A DNA stretch of 63,956 nucleotides, counting the filler, from Reclinomonas americana ATCC 50394 (lineage: Eukaryota), in NCBI GenBank assembly GCA_048213135.1. It is 6 parts of 4 records of this genome, joined end to end, with 100 filler letters (N's around TTAATTAATTAA, not from the genome) between each part and the next. Parts side by side here need not be neighbours in the genome. Positions count along the whole stretch, not along the records: positions 1 to 16,621 come from PS015445.1; 5 more parts are not named here. One strand, written 5' to 3'. Under the pieces are notes generated by a model. That model saw nothing but the letters and a program-made list of their open reading frames with translations, did no database searches and was not told the origin of the DNA. A program made the position numbers and the translations under genes. Each line of letters begins with the position of its first letter. The first letter of the stretch is position 1. Below are positions 1 through 12,951 of the stretch, one piece after another.

Positions 1-2981
1 TTCTCCTCATCTGCAGCCGAGATCTCACTACGAAAGAGACCACATACTGCTGCCGAGAAGCTCCAATCCCTTGTCGGTGTGGTAGCACCGCTTCTTCCGC
101 CGCCAACACCGCCACCACCCCCTCCACCAGCCGCAGCGGCTGTCATCAGCTTGTCGCCATCGTCCATGGCCTCGTCATCGTCACCGTCGCCGTCCTCAGC
201 AGGTGGAGCCACAGCCACCAGCGTGTCACCGTCCAATGGCTCGCACGGACAGTTTGTGTCGCCACCCTCACGTAGCGCGCCACTCAAGCGCGCCTTCAAG
301 GCCACGCACAAAATGTCTGGCAACGGCTCCTCGTCACCGACCAACGGCGGCAGCAGCAGCAGCACAACCACCACCACTACCACAACAACAACTGTCGCCA
401 CCAGCAGCAGTTCTGCCGCGGCGGCGGCTGCGGCGGCTGCTGCTGCTGCCAATGGCAGCAGTGCAGGAGCGTCGTCAAGGCGCGGCTCCATGATGGCGCC
501 ACCACCCATCATGACGGCACTACCGACAACGCCTCCCACTGGACCGCGTCCGCCGCCAGTTGAAATCTCCAAGGTTCGTTTCTATGTTGTTTCGTTGCCC
601 TTGCATCATCGTGTATCTGACTTGCGATGCCGACAGTACTATGGTGTGGATGCCGGTGCGGTGGATGCGGAGAGCGAAAAGGCGGTCGACAACTCGCTGG
701 ACGCCGATGTGCGACTGGTGGTGGACAGTGGACGATCGGTGGTGTATGCGCACTCGGCACGGTTGACGGCCAGCTGCCCGTTCTTCGCCACGCTGCTGAG
801 CGAGCGCGCCAGCAAGCGGGCGGCAGCAGACAAGAAGGCAGCAGTCGCGATGCAAGACGACCGTGAGGGTGGCGATGCGCCGACTGTCACCGCGAGCACA
901 ACCAATGTCGCCGACGCCGATGATATCGACTCGGCGAGCGTGCCGCGTGTGCTGTCACTGGAGGACGTGGAAATGGACGATCGCAATGCCCGTTCAAGTC
1001 CAAACACCACCAGCAAGTCGACGCTGCCGCCACTGCCGCCCATGTCGGAGGCTGAATGTTGCGACTGAGTTTCTCTCTCCTTCAAAAGGAGTCTCTTTTG
1101 CGTTTTTAGCTCACACGCACACGTTTCTACGCAGTTGTGACGCTGGAAGTCGCCGGTGTCAGTCGCGAGGCCATGATTCGAACTCTGCAGTTCTTGTACA
1201 CGCAGCGTCTGCACCTCAGCACGAGCGTGGTGTTGCAGTTGGTGGCAGCTGCCCGCTCTCTGCATCTGCCGGTGATGCTGGCGTACTGCACAACATTCAT
1301 GCACGAGAACCTGACGCCGCACCTGGCGCTGGCGTGCTGGGACTTGTCGCGAGCGGACCCGACGCTCTTCTCTGCCGCCTTCCTCGAGCACTGTGAACAG
1401 TTTGTGTCGCTGGAGATGAGCGCAGTGCTATCGGAGGACGCCTTTTTGCGTCTGTCGCCCGATTCGCTCCTGGCGTTCCTCGAGGCTTTCCACGAGTTCA
1501 TGTGCGAGAAGCCAGAGGAACTCTTTGTGAAGCTCGTGCAGTGGGGCAGGTGAGCGCTTGGAAGTCTTCGAAAAACAGTGGCGACTCTCTGCTCACTTCA
1601 CCTTCCCCCTCGCTCTCTCTGTGTGCGTGCACGCAGAATACATTTGCATTTGGCGCATGTGCCGCTGCAGGCGCTGCCGTCGGACGATCGCCGTACGCTT
1701 GCCACGCTGCTGGCGCGATTCATGGAGTTTGTGCAGTTCAACGAAATACCCTTCCAGCACTTTGTGCAGCGCATTGAGCCGACGCAACTGGTGCCGCTGG
1801 AGGTGGCGCATGCGCGATACAAGCAGCACCTGTTTACTTCGAACGCGGAGCAGAGACTATCGCCTCGTGGTGCGTCATCATTATCATCATTTCAGGTGCA
1901 GGAAGTTCAGTCGTTCGACTCACCTTTTGGCCCTGTTTTCCCTCTCTCACAGCGGACCATCTCGAGCTGTTGAGTGCCGTGGCCACTTCGGACCCGCAGA
2001 TGGATCAGTGCTCCATTCGCTGGGAGATTGAGCAGTTTGCCCAGATCACCGAAACGTACATTTCGAGCCCGGTGTTTGTGGCCGGCAATCAGTTTTGGTG
2101 AGAACCGATTTCCTCTCGTGACTCGCGCGCAATCATGGTCTCTCACAAACGCTGGTGGCTGGCGCGCAACAGGAGTCTCGTCTTGTATCCACGTGGCGAT
2201 TCAGATGCGGCTGGATTCATTTCGTTGTTTGTGCGGCGTGTGTCGGCGACCTCTGTCAATGCCAAGGTATTGTCGTGCACTCCGTTTTCTCTGTACCTTA
2301 AAAAAATGAGGTCACTGACGCCGCTGCAGTCGTGGGCCACCTCGTCCGTCGCCGGCAATGTGTCGTTCCGGTCGCCCGATGAAGACTTTAGGGTTTGTAG
2401 CCTCGAGTGGTTTCACTGTTGCTGTCAACACTCGTTTTGTGGGCCTGCTCACTCGTTCGCGCAGTCTGCCACGCCATCGCCACTGTCTCGCATGGATGAC
2501 AGAGTTGCGTCAGTGTGCGCACGCACACGCACCATCATTGATGGTGGCTGACATGTTTCATTGTTTTGCTTGTAGGGCACACCAACCAATGCTGATGAAC
2601 GAACGGCCTCGCGGCCTGGCACGCCGGCGATGAGCATGACGGTCAAGCCCGGAAGTGAGTGGGATCACGAGCAGGTTACACACATGGACCTGCGCTTCTC
2701 TGCGCATCCGGAGCCGCCTCATATGGACCCGCGTCGATGCAGTTGCGCAGTTGCCGCCGCCGCTGAAACAAACAACGCCTGTGCTCGTGACTCACGCGCT
2801 GGTGGTGACTGCAGAGTTGGTGTTCCGAAAAGATTGCAATGCGCTTGGATTCGGACCGTGCGTCGAGCGAGAGAAGCTGGTGGAGGCGTTGGGCGAGGGT
2901 GGGACTCTGTGGCTTCACCTGCTGATGTGCACGCCGCTGACCTCCAGCCGGCGGATGGTGTCGCTGGCAGGCTTTGCGTGA
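1..2981 (+). CDS. BTB/POZ-BACK-MATH domain protein (putative Cullin-3 adaptor); multi-exon, 5' end probably upstream of the window
   Basis: Frame 1 is open from base 1. BTB: DADVRLVVDSG..YAHSARLTASCPFFATLL, then LQFLYTQRLHL. BACK: LEHCEQFV..EDAFLRLSPDSL..ELFVKLVQW. MATH-like: IRWEIEQFAQITETYISSPVFVAGNQFW|SLVLYPRGD..FISLFV..LGFGPCV. Introns include 574-635, 1058-1134, 2504-2575 and 2742-2814. Stop TGA at 2981. Confidence 0.8.
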
Positions 2982-3107
2982 GGCACTGAGGAGCGTGCAT
3001 GCGTGTGTATGTGTGTATGTGTGTGGAGAGGGGAGGACGATGTGATGTGGATAAAAGAGATGACCAATTTGTGTGAATAAGCAAGCATTCATTCCTCCGC
3101 ATCCCCT

Positions 3108-6100
3108 CTATTCTTGTATGGATGTTGGTGACAGTGAGCTGTAGCGGCCGCGCTGTTGCTCGCGATCCCACAACACCACTGTGCCGGCCAGGCCGAGAAG
3201 CGACAGAAGCTGCACTGACGCGTTGGAGCTGAGGAACAGCGACACTGCACTGCCGCACGACGCCAGATACACAAACGCTGGCTTTGGCAACTCTGCGTGC
3301 GCACAGAGTCAGCAGAGAATATATCTGGCGAAAGAGAGAGAGAGAGAGAGTGTCGTGCAACTCACCGATCTTGATGCCGACAATCTCCGGCAATCCGCGT
3401 GTTGTACGGAACACCAAGTGCGCCAGCAGCGTCACCAGCTGCGCCGTGGTCACCGCCAAGCAGCCAAAGTTCCACAATGCAGACAGCACAGAGCCGCCGC
3501 GAACGACGGAGCCAATGATGCGGAAAACGCCTGTCCAGAAGAGCGGGAAGGTGCACGCGACAGTGGGCAGGATGTAGCGATTGTTATCGTTGAGATCGCG
3601 GGCGAGGAAGTTGTCCGGATGCATCAGCAAGAACAGCGAGGCGAAGAGAACAGTGGCACCCTCGCTGGGGATGCCCCACACCGACATTTGGAAGTTGGCC
3701 AACTGCGCATGCGTGTGTCAGCGTGATGATGATGACGACCACGACGACGACCAAATGACATGATTGTCGCAACACTCAACTTGCGCAAAGATGTAGGCGG
3801 TAATCACGCCGACATTGCACAGCAGTCCCATGCGCGACTTTTCCGACCGACTCAGGTGCACAACTCCAGCCTTCTTCGACAAAGACTGCTCCGACATGAA
3901 CTCGTCGCTCTTCTCCGTCGACTCCCTACACACGCGCACACTGTCAGTGACCAGTGCGGCAAGAAGAACTGCGTTGCGACTCACTTCTTGAGTGCCCTCT
4001 CCGAGGCCGTGAGCTTCAGTTTGAGCGACAAGGCGAAGAGCAGTGCGACGGCGGCATGCAGCGCAAAGAGAGCCACTGACGACTGTCGCTGCCACTCCAA
4101 GTAGAAACCGGGCGGCACCGACGCCTCCGACGTGAAGTAGATGAACAGGAAGGAGAAGGGGAAGCAGGCGACGCAAACCAGCAACCTGCAAACAAATGAA
4201 GAGAGCACTTGTGAGCCGCGAGCGTGCAGCTTGCCGTGACAACGCCTCACGTACCCAATGATCAGCGCTCGCACTTGGAATTTCGATGTCGTGAAGGTAA
4301 TGTGCGCAATCATCATGGTTCCCGCCACGCACGTGATCGAGATGCTGAGACCGAGCAGCAGGTTGACGTAGCGGAAAATGGCAAACGACACTCCAATGCC
4401 GAGACCCAGACCGGCCACCGCACTCAACGCCATTCGCGCAGCTGCGGCGATGATTTGTGAGGCACAAAGTTCAACTGCACCAGCACATACATCAAGGGGG
4501 ATGAAAACGCACGAGGAGTGTCCGGCAGTGGGGCAAGGGTGGCGACGCCGGCGCAAATCAGCACCACCGTGAGGACAGTGAACCGCACACGCGTTTCGTC
4601 ACTCGCTGCCGAGCCAGCCCACACGCACACGAGACCAGCAACACTGCAGAAGAACTGCAGGCGCTTGAGGTAGCGCACGTGCGGCAAGAACGACAGAGTG
4701 ACCGGCAGCGAGGCTGCGGCCACCGTCAGGAAGAAGGCGCCCATGGAGAACGTCTCCGACACCACTGGTCGGTAGAAGAGCAGGCTGAAGACGCGTGCCA
4801 GCACCATGTTGCGCGTGAAGAATGCCACTGCCACGAGGCCCAGCAGGTACTGGGCGACCTGTGGTGGTTGAAGATGAAGAGAGAGGACCACTGAGTCATC
4901 CGTGTCGTCTCACACAAGCACACACGCAGGCGCCGATGCGACTTACCTCCAGCTTGGTGACCTGCTGCTCACGGACGACGGCAATCTGCATGCGAGCGAA
5001 AGCGCACACCAACAGGAACAATGGCGGCAACGACCGAATGATGAGGTCGGAGCCCAGCAGCACCATCAGCTTGCACGAGTACAGTCCAATCAGCACCGAG
5101 GCGATGTTGGGCGAAATCAGCTCCTTCTTGAGTAGCCTGTAGCGAGTTGCTATTCAGCCAGCACGACTGATACTGCTGACATGCACAAAGACACGAACCG
5201 GTACGCAAAGAAGAGACCGCCCACAAGCGTCAGCAGGAAGAGGAACGATGGGTACATGGCTATGTGTGGCAAAGCGAGACCAATGAGTAAAAAATGCAGA
5301 AAGCGCGCACAGGAGATGGGGTGATGACGCAACGTTCCGCCTGGAACATGACAATCGTCTCCACCACCGACATGAACAGCGCCTGCAAGCACAGCAGTGC
5401 CGGGAAGCTGACTTGCACAACATGCGCCAGCTGCGTCATGGAATGCACGCGACGTCGATCAGTAATCGCGCGACGCGAGCAAGCAAACAAGAAACCACAC
5501 ATGCAGTACACAACTGAGCCCTTGGCCGCCGACCCACTGCGCGATGGCGACAGAGGCGCGTCGCCAGCACCACCCGCAACCAGTGTAGCACCGCCCAGCA
5601 GATCCAGGGCCACCAAGTGGTGGTAGGCACACACCACAAGCAGCGAGAGCACACCCAGCATGAAGAGCAGGATGGAGAAGTGCTTCAGAGCAATGCTGAA
5701 CGAGCCGCCCTCCAGTGTCAGGCGCATCTCGTAGCTGTACAGCGCATAATGAGGAACAGGAGATCAAACACGCCGAAATCGCTTGCCACGCAACAAAATG
5801 TGTCCAAACGAGCGCGAAATGTACTGCAGCAAGCACACCGTGAAAGCGCCCACAGCCGCATACAGCAGCTGTCTCGCGCACACAACGAAAACAAAAAAAA
5901 CAATGCACTTGAGTTCCTTTTCCAACAGCACCACCACGAATAATGGAGAACAAGTGGCGAACCTGGAACGAGCGCTTCATGATCCATGCTCCGCCTGCCG
6001 CACCGGCGAGGATGGCGCACAGAACGCCAATCGGACCGAACCCCATCAGCACAGCAGCACAGAAGCCACCAAATCCGCACACCGACGCCATGACGATGAT

Positions 6101-7813
6101 CAGCAGTCGGTGGCTGGCCGACGAGACCACTCGCTCGTCATCGGCAGCAATGGCTGGCAATCGAGTGATAATCACCAGCAGCAGGAAGCCACCCGTCGCG
6201 GTCACCGCCGTGCCCAAGAACAAGCGGCCCACCATGCTCATACTGACAAAGAAGGCGGCGAACCACTCGAACAGCACACGCGCCTCGAACCAAACGGACA
6301 GAATGGTGATGCACACGGCCAGCACAATGGTGTCGCGATTGACTGCGTCGCACAACAGAAATATGCATAAGATGAGGAATTCAACTTGCAGTCAGTGGTG
6401 GCCCTGGCACGTTGCTCACCGATCGACGGAGAGGCGCTGCCGGCGCGCTCATCCTCCTCAGCAAAGAACGACGATGTTGACGCCTTGCGACGACTGGCAC
6501 GGCCTGGCGAACCCACCGACATCCACCAAAGCAGACTCGGGCGCACTGCCATGTGCAACAGCAAGACCACCAGTGCGACCAGCGCCGCATTGTTGAGACC
6601 GTGACGGAACAGCGAATCGGTTCCACCAAGCAGACCGCCACCGCCCACGAGGCGGTACACGGACGAGCCGTCGTTGGCTGAGGCACATGTGATGAATACA
6701 AACAAAGACGGGAGGAGTGCGGTGCAAGTGGTGTGTGTGCGAGACTCACCGGGTGCCAGGTTCGACGGATAACTCAGGTGCAAGATCCAGTACACCGTAG
6801 TTGGCAGGCCGACAGGCAACACAAAAGAGACGAGCGCGCCCTCCATGTCGGTCTGTACGCGATCCTCGGCCGAGGTGGCGAGGTAGCGCGGAATCGACGA
6901 CTTGCCGTTGTTGCTGGTTCGCACCGGCGACATGGGCGACGATGCCGACGAGGACGACGAAGGGCCGGCGTTCACCGAGGTTCCCGGCAAGTCCACATCC
7001 ACGAAGCCGGGGGGATTGTGCACGAGCGGGGCGCTCGACGAGGCACGAGACGGGTCGCTCGTGTCGCGGTCGTGGCGATGCGAGTTGGGTCCCAGCTTGA
7101 ACGACGATCGCAGCGGCTGCATCATGGGACTGGCCACGGCCACCAAGAGCACGGCAAACAGAGCCGGCACCTGTTGCACCGACGACGACAACGTCGACGC
7201 CAGCTGCAGAACGCCCGACAGGCTGGCGATCGGCAGGCAGACGATCAGCATGCGCTCCATTGCCTGCACGCACCAAGCAGCTGTTAGCCACAGCAGTTCT
7301 TTTCCCGTGACGCGCATGCGTCACACAGACTCTTAGCGCTCACCAGCACCCATCGCGGACGCGTCCACTGCAGCCACCTAAACTGCAGCGTTGCCCAGAA
7401 ACCGCACAGAATCAGCAGAGCAAAGGAACTTGCCAGATCGATCGTCAATCGGATGGTGATGCTGCGGGAAGCAATGAGAAAAAGATGAGTCGGAAAGTGC
7501 ACACACACACACAGGGTGCACGCTGGCTCCACACAACGCAACAGAGGAGCTGCAATGTAGCCCTGCACCTGCCACATTGCGACGGCGGCCACGGTGAACC
7601 ACACGCTGGCCAACGTCCACTTCTTCACACCGGCAAAGTCGAGCGCGTAGGTGAGCAGCAGACCGAGAGCGGCAGTCGACAGCGATGACCTGCGCGCGCG
7701 CATCATCCATTGAGCGGGAATCTCCACATGACACGCGGAGTAACATTGCGTGCATGTGACAATGCGGCACGCACAGGCGCGCGCACCCACACACACACAT
7801 ACACACGCAGCCA
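3108..7813 (-). CDS. NO EXINE FORMATION 1 (NEF1)-like large multipass membrane protein; 5' end lost in the gap
   Basis: Spliced peptides LGLLLTYALDFAGVK, CGFWATLQFRWLQWTRPRWVLAMERMLIVCLP, PLRSSFK and LFLLMHPDNFLARDLNDNNRY resemble Arabidopsis NEF1 segments as I recall them (IGLLISYIVDSLNVK, GCWTSLQFKWLQ..ALERLLFACVP, PRVSSFK, ILLLLNQDSD..DKQRY), in the same order. Many hydrophobic helices. Confidence 0.75.
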
Positions 7814-8496
7814 NNNNNNNNNNNNNNNNNNNNNNNNNNNNNNNNNNNNNNNNNNNNNNNNNNNNNNNNNNNNNNNNNNNNNNNNNNNNNNNNNNNNNNN
7901 NNNNNNNNNNNNNNNNNNNNNNNNNNNNNNNNNNNNNNNNNNNNNNNNNNNNNNNNNNNNNNNNNNNNNNNNNNNNNNNNNNNNNNNNNNNNNNNNNNNN
8001 NNNNNNNNNNNNNNNNNNNNNNNNNNNNNNNNNNNNNNNNNNNNNNNNNNNNNNNNNNNNNNNNNNNNNNNNNNNNNNNNNNNNNNNNNNNNNNNNNNNN
8101 NNNNNNNNNNNNNNNNNNNNNNNNNNNNNNNNNNNNNNNNNNNNNNNNNNNNNNNNNNNNNNNNNNNNNNNNNNNNNNNNNNNNNNNNNNNNNNNNNNNN
8201 NNNNNNNNNNNNNNNNNNNNNNNNNNNNNNNNNNNNNNNNNNNNNNNNNNNNNNNNNNNNNNNNNNNNNNNNNNNNNNNNNNNNNNNNNNNNNNNNNNNN
8301 NNNNNNNNNNNNNNNNNNNNNNNNNNNNNNNNNNNNNNNNNNNNNNNNNNNNNNNNNNNNNNNNNNNNNNNNNNNNNNNNNNNNNNNNNNNNNNNNNNNN
8401 NNNNNNNNNNNNNNNNNNNNNNNNNGTTGACACAGGACGCGCAGTTTGGTTTTTCATTTAAGGCGACGGCGACGGTCTGCGACCTCCTCCCCGCTG

Positions 8497-10016
8497 TCAT
8501 GTGGCTTCGGTGGCGGCCGCAGAGGCAACAGAGTCACCATTTCCGGTGGCTCTTTGCAGCACTGCCCAGGCGTCGTCGGAGACGTCGAGACCCCGCGTGA
8601 TTATCAGTCGCTTCACCGGGCACACCGAGGCCGGTTCGCTGACGGCCAGCGCCAGTGCACGCACGCCCACGTCGGAGATGTGCGGGTTGGCGCGTAGGTT
8701 CAGCGCGCGAAGCGTCTGATTGCCCGGCATCTGTGTCACCTGGGCGCCGGGCTCGGTCTTGACCAGTTTCTCCTCGAACTGCGTCAGAGTCGGTGGCTTG
8801 CCCTTTGCTGGCGGCTGTCGACAAATACGGTGTGTTAAGACGACGTCGATCGAGAAGGAAGTGGGCCGCAGAAGCCAAACCTTCTTCGGGCCCAACAATG
8901 CATCCTCTCGTCGCAAGTGCAACGCAATCAACTGCTTCACCCACTCGTCGTCTTGCGACGGCCGCAGTGGCACGCGATCGCGCAGCACACGAGACAGCAC
9001 CAGAGCACCCGAGTCGCCGACAAAGTTGTGACTGAGGTCAATGTGCAACAGGCGCGGATGCACAACCAGCAGGTCGGCCAGCGCCCGCGCCGCTCCATCG
9101 CCCAACTCGTTGCCGTACAAATCCAGCGTGCACAGCGAGTCGTCCACGATGAGCCCATCGACCAGCGCCGCCAGGTCCTCGTCCACCAGATGGCAGTCGC
9201 GGAAGGCCAGGTGTCGTGCTACGTTGCGGATCTCGCGAAGAATTCTGCGTACGCGTCGCACCATGCATGAGCCGACGACAACAACGACGAAACGAGGAAG
9301 TGTGAGTGAGTGGAGAGAGAGAGAGAGAGAGAGAGCGAAACTGTCGGAATTCTACTCGGGCATCAGAAGGCGATCCACCGGCGTCGCTGCCGGCCACCGC
9401 TGCCGCAGCGGCAAACTCACAATTCTGAAACTCGACAAACGGCACTCGCCACGATCGCTGCTTATTGCCATGACACGCATCGCGCAAGCACGTGAGCACC
9501 AGCTGCCGCAGCGCTGCATTCGACACCCGAGTGTGCGAGATCACCACTCGTCGCACACAGTTGCTGTACTCGGGCAACACATCGCACAGCGGCCGCAGCT
9601 GCTCCGGTGACAGCGGGGTGACGGTGGCCAGCGCGGGTGCACTGATGGGTTTCACTGCGAGCGTGCGTGTCAGACACAGATAGAGCGAGCAGGTGGAAGA
9701 GGAGGAGGAGGAGGCAGGAAGACCGACCATCGCCACCAGAGGGCAAGTGGACGCGAATGAGCACATCGCATCTCGTGTGCAGCAGCTCGACGTACGGATC
9801 CGTCTCTTCCAGTCCCGTGAGGTCTGTGTGAACGGCGAAGAGAAGAGAGCGAGTGTGCGTGAGAGAGGGAGAGAGTGGGGAGAGCGCTCACAACGATCAC
9901 TGACCTGCCGGGTACGATGGCAGCTTCTCTGTGATCACTCGCACATGCGGATGCGCCGCTTCTGCACTGCCTCCACCGTATGCCTCAAGCACACGAGCAG
10001 CCAGCGAGGGAAACAT
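8497..10016 (-). CDS. RNI-like leucine-rich repeat protein
   Basis: Repeats LCTLDLYGNELGDGAARALADLL, LLHIDLSHNFVGDSGALVLSRVL and LRALNLRANPHISDVGVRALA. Probable ATG at 10016 (MFPSLAARVL), with several introns. Confidence 0.75.
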
Positions 10017-10062
10017 TGCGAAAAAAAGAAGAGAGAAATCGAGGACAATCACTCATCAACGG

Positions 10063-11476
10063 CTATTTCACTACAGAACAGAAACGCACTGTTTGGTTCC
10101 GCCATCGCATTCCGTTCACAAAGCTCTCGGCGTCGGTCACTCGCTTGCCTGGTCGTTGCAGCGAGGTGACGACGAGCAGCTCCGTGCCGGCTGCCAATGA
10201 TGAATCGGCGCAGCGCACGAGAAGTCCGTTGATGTTGTCGGGTAGCAGGCCGCGACGCCACACTGCGTCGCCAGGCTGTGCCGTGTCGAGCCACTGGCGC
10301 AGTGCGTCGTTCACTTGCGTGCCATCGGCGAGGGAATGCACGTGGCAGGCGCGCAGCAGCACGGCGTTGTGATCAAAGTCGACCGTGTCTCCATTTGCAA
10401 TGGTCCCTCCGAGAAGCACACGACAGCCGACATTGTCGTCGGTGGCACGCCACATGTTCCAGATGGCGGTCGCTGTGTGCGTCGCCGGATCCACAACGCC
10501 GGTGGCGGTGGTGACTTTGGGGGCGGCGGTGACTTGCGAGGCATCCTGCGAGACGGCGGCGCTGGAGAGCGTCTCCCACTCGAGAATGGTGCGTTCCAGC
10601 GCTGCAGCGCCCACTGCACATGGACGAGTGAGACGCCTGCACGCGCGCGCACACACACACACACGAATGGGAGATGCACACAACTCTCCGCCAAGTGTGC
10701 CCGCAGCTGCTTGTACATCCAGTCGTCGGGTATTCTCTTCATGCACAAACGCAGTCAGCACCTGCCGCGCGCGACGAGGAGGAAGCCACGACGCACCATG
10801 CGCTCCTGCAACAGAATCCGCCCAGCATCAAACCTCTCCGGATGCACCTCAATGATCGACACACCCGTCTCCTTGTCGCCCGCAATCAGCGTGTGATGCA
10901 TCGGCGCCGCCCCTCGATGCCTACGTATACGAGCGCACTCAGCACAGACACGAGCTTCACACACGCGCACGTCTCTCCGCACCTCGGCAGCAACGACGGA
11001 TGCATGTTGATGGCACCGTACGGAAACGCCTGGATCACCCGTGGCGGCAGAAAGTACCGGAACGACACCACCACGCCCAAGTCAAAGGGCGACTCGTCAC
11101 ACATCGGAACCTGCGCATCAATCAGTCTCCTCCTGCTTCACCTCATCGCCTTCCCCCCCATGACGCTGCTCACCGCCCACGACTTGAGTGACAGTGGATC
11201 GTCGGGTGTGTGCACGGTGAGATCGTGCGCAGTGGCAAAGCGACGCAGCGGCGACTGCGGATCGCTGCTTTTCCCGCCACCACTCTCGGGCGGACACACC
11301 ACATGCAGTCGCCACGGCTCTTGCGGCGTGCGTTGCATCATCTGCAGCAGTCGACGCAGCGACGCCACGCTGACGTCATCCGAGCCGAAGAAGAGCAGGC
11401 GGCGAGGCGGTAATGCAGTCAGGCGCATCAGTCGGAAGAGAGGGGGACAGATTGACTGTAGATTGCAGCGACTCAT
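10063..11476 (-). CDS. MTFMT: Methionyl-tRNA formyltransferase (organellar, probably mitochondrial)
   Basis: Motifs LLFFGSDDVS, FDLGVVVSFRYFLP, GAINMHPSLLPR|YRGAAPMHHTLIAGDKETGVSII, FDAGRILLQ and the C-terminal LQRPGKR..AESFVNG. The start is 11476 or 11428. Confidence 0.92.
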
Positions 11477-11495
11477 CAATCATCTTGTGTGAATC

Positions 11496-12848
11496 ATGAG
11501 CGGCGGTGACGCCATGGAATTTCTGGTGGCAGAGGTGCAGCGGATGTGGGCCAAGCTGGTCGATGTGGCGTCCTCAAACTTCCACTGGGAAGAGTTTGTG
11601 CGACCGTGGGACATGGCGAAAGGTACACACTCTCTCTCACACACACGCACACACACGAGGGAGACTCTATGAGCGTGTGAGCGAGAGAGAGCGCGCGGTT
11701 GCATCGCATCTCAAATTTGTTTTGCGTGCATGCATGCAGGATGGGATTGGTCGCAACTCGTCAATCCCTCCGCGTTTGAGTGGCACTCTGCGCCGTTTTC
11801 GAATCTGGCATTCGTGGTGTGGGCCTCGATTGCGTACTTGACCGTGGTCGTTGTCCTCAAGCTGTGCATGAGCTCGCGCAAGGTCGGCCTGCCGATTCGG
11901 CCAATGGTCGCGCTGCACAATTACCACTTGCTGCTCATCTCCGTCGCCATGTCCGTCGGCACCATCTGTGCTGTTGCGTGTTTTTTTATTCTTCTCCCTT
12001 GCTTCTTCTGCTGCTGCTGTGCGTGAGTGTGGGCTCAGCGCCCCCTTCCGCAGGTGTGGAAGATCCTGGTGAATCACATGTCGTCGGTCAGCGAGTTTTT
12101 CGAGTCGTGGGGATGCGACACGGCGGGCGAGATGAGCGTCGGAGCTGTGCGCTACTGGTGCTACATTTTCTACATCTCCAAGGTGGGCAGGCAGGAGCCG
12201 TTTCGCTGTTGTTGGCTGTGCAGCCTGCTGACGATTGCTGCTGCTGCTTGCTGCTAGTTTTACGAGTTGCTCGACACGATGGTGCTGGTGCTGCGCAAGC
12301 GCGACATCTCGTTCCTGCACATCTTCCATCACTTTATTGTGATGTACCTCTTCTGGATGTTCATGGAGATTAAGCTCAGCATCCACTGGGTGGCGGTGTT
12401 GTTGAACGTTGCGTTAGGATAGGAGTGAGCCGTGTGAGGCGCAAACAGGTGCACTGACGATTTCTTGCTTCCTCTCCAACAGTCGCTGGTGCACGTCCTC
12501 ATGTACTACTACTACATGATGACATCGTTTGGGCAGCCGCCGCGCTGGAAGCGCATGGTCACCAAGCTGCAGGTATTGATTGCATCGAAAAAATCGTGTA
12601 GTCACTGTGGATGCGACACTCAGCTCGTCGATGCGTGCATGCTATCACAGATTCTGCAGTTCGTGTCCGACATGCTCTTTGGCTGGCCCTACGTGTACTA
12701 CCACTACATCGACGAGAAGAAGTGCACCGGTCACCCGATTGGCTTCTGGTCCGGCTTCACCATCGGCTCCATTTTCATCGTGTTGTTCAGCCGCCTCTTG
12801 TGCTGTGGTGGCGCGCGCTCCGCCGACAGCAAAGAGAAGGAGGAGTAG
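11496..12848 (+). CDS. ELOVL: Very-long-chain fatty acid elongase (GNS1/SUR4/ELO family), 6 exons
   Basis: Motifs FYISK|FYELLDT, SFLHIFHH (His box), LLN|SLVHVLMYYYY and VTKLQ|ILQF. C-terminal KEKEE. In-frame ATGs at 11496 and 11514. Confidence 0.95.
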
Positions 12849-12951
12849 CACGCGCTGCGTCGTATCTTTCTCTTCTTTCTTCACCCGAGACAAGCCAAAA
12901 AGCGTCTTGTCTCACCACCCCCTTCAACCTATAATATATGCATGTCCATTT

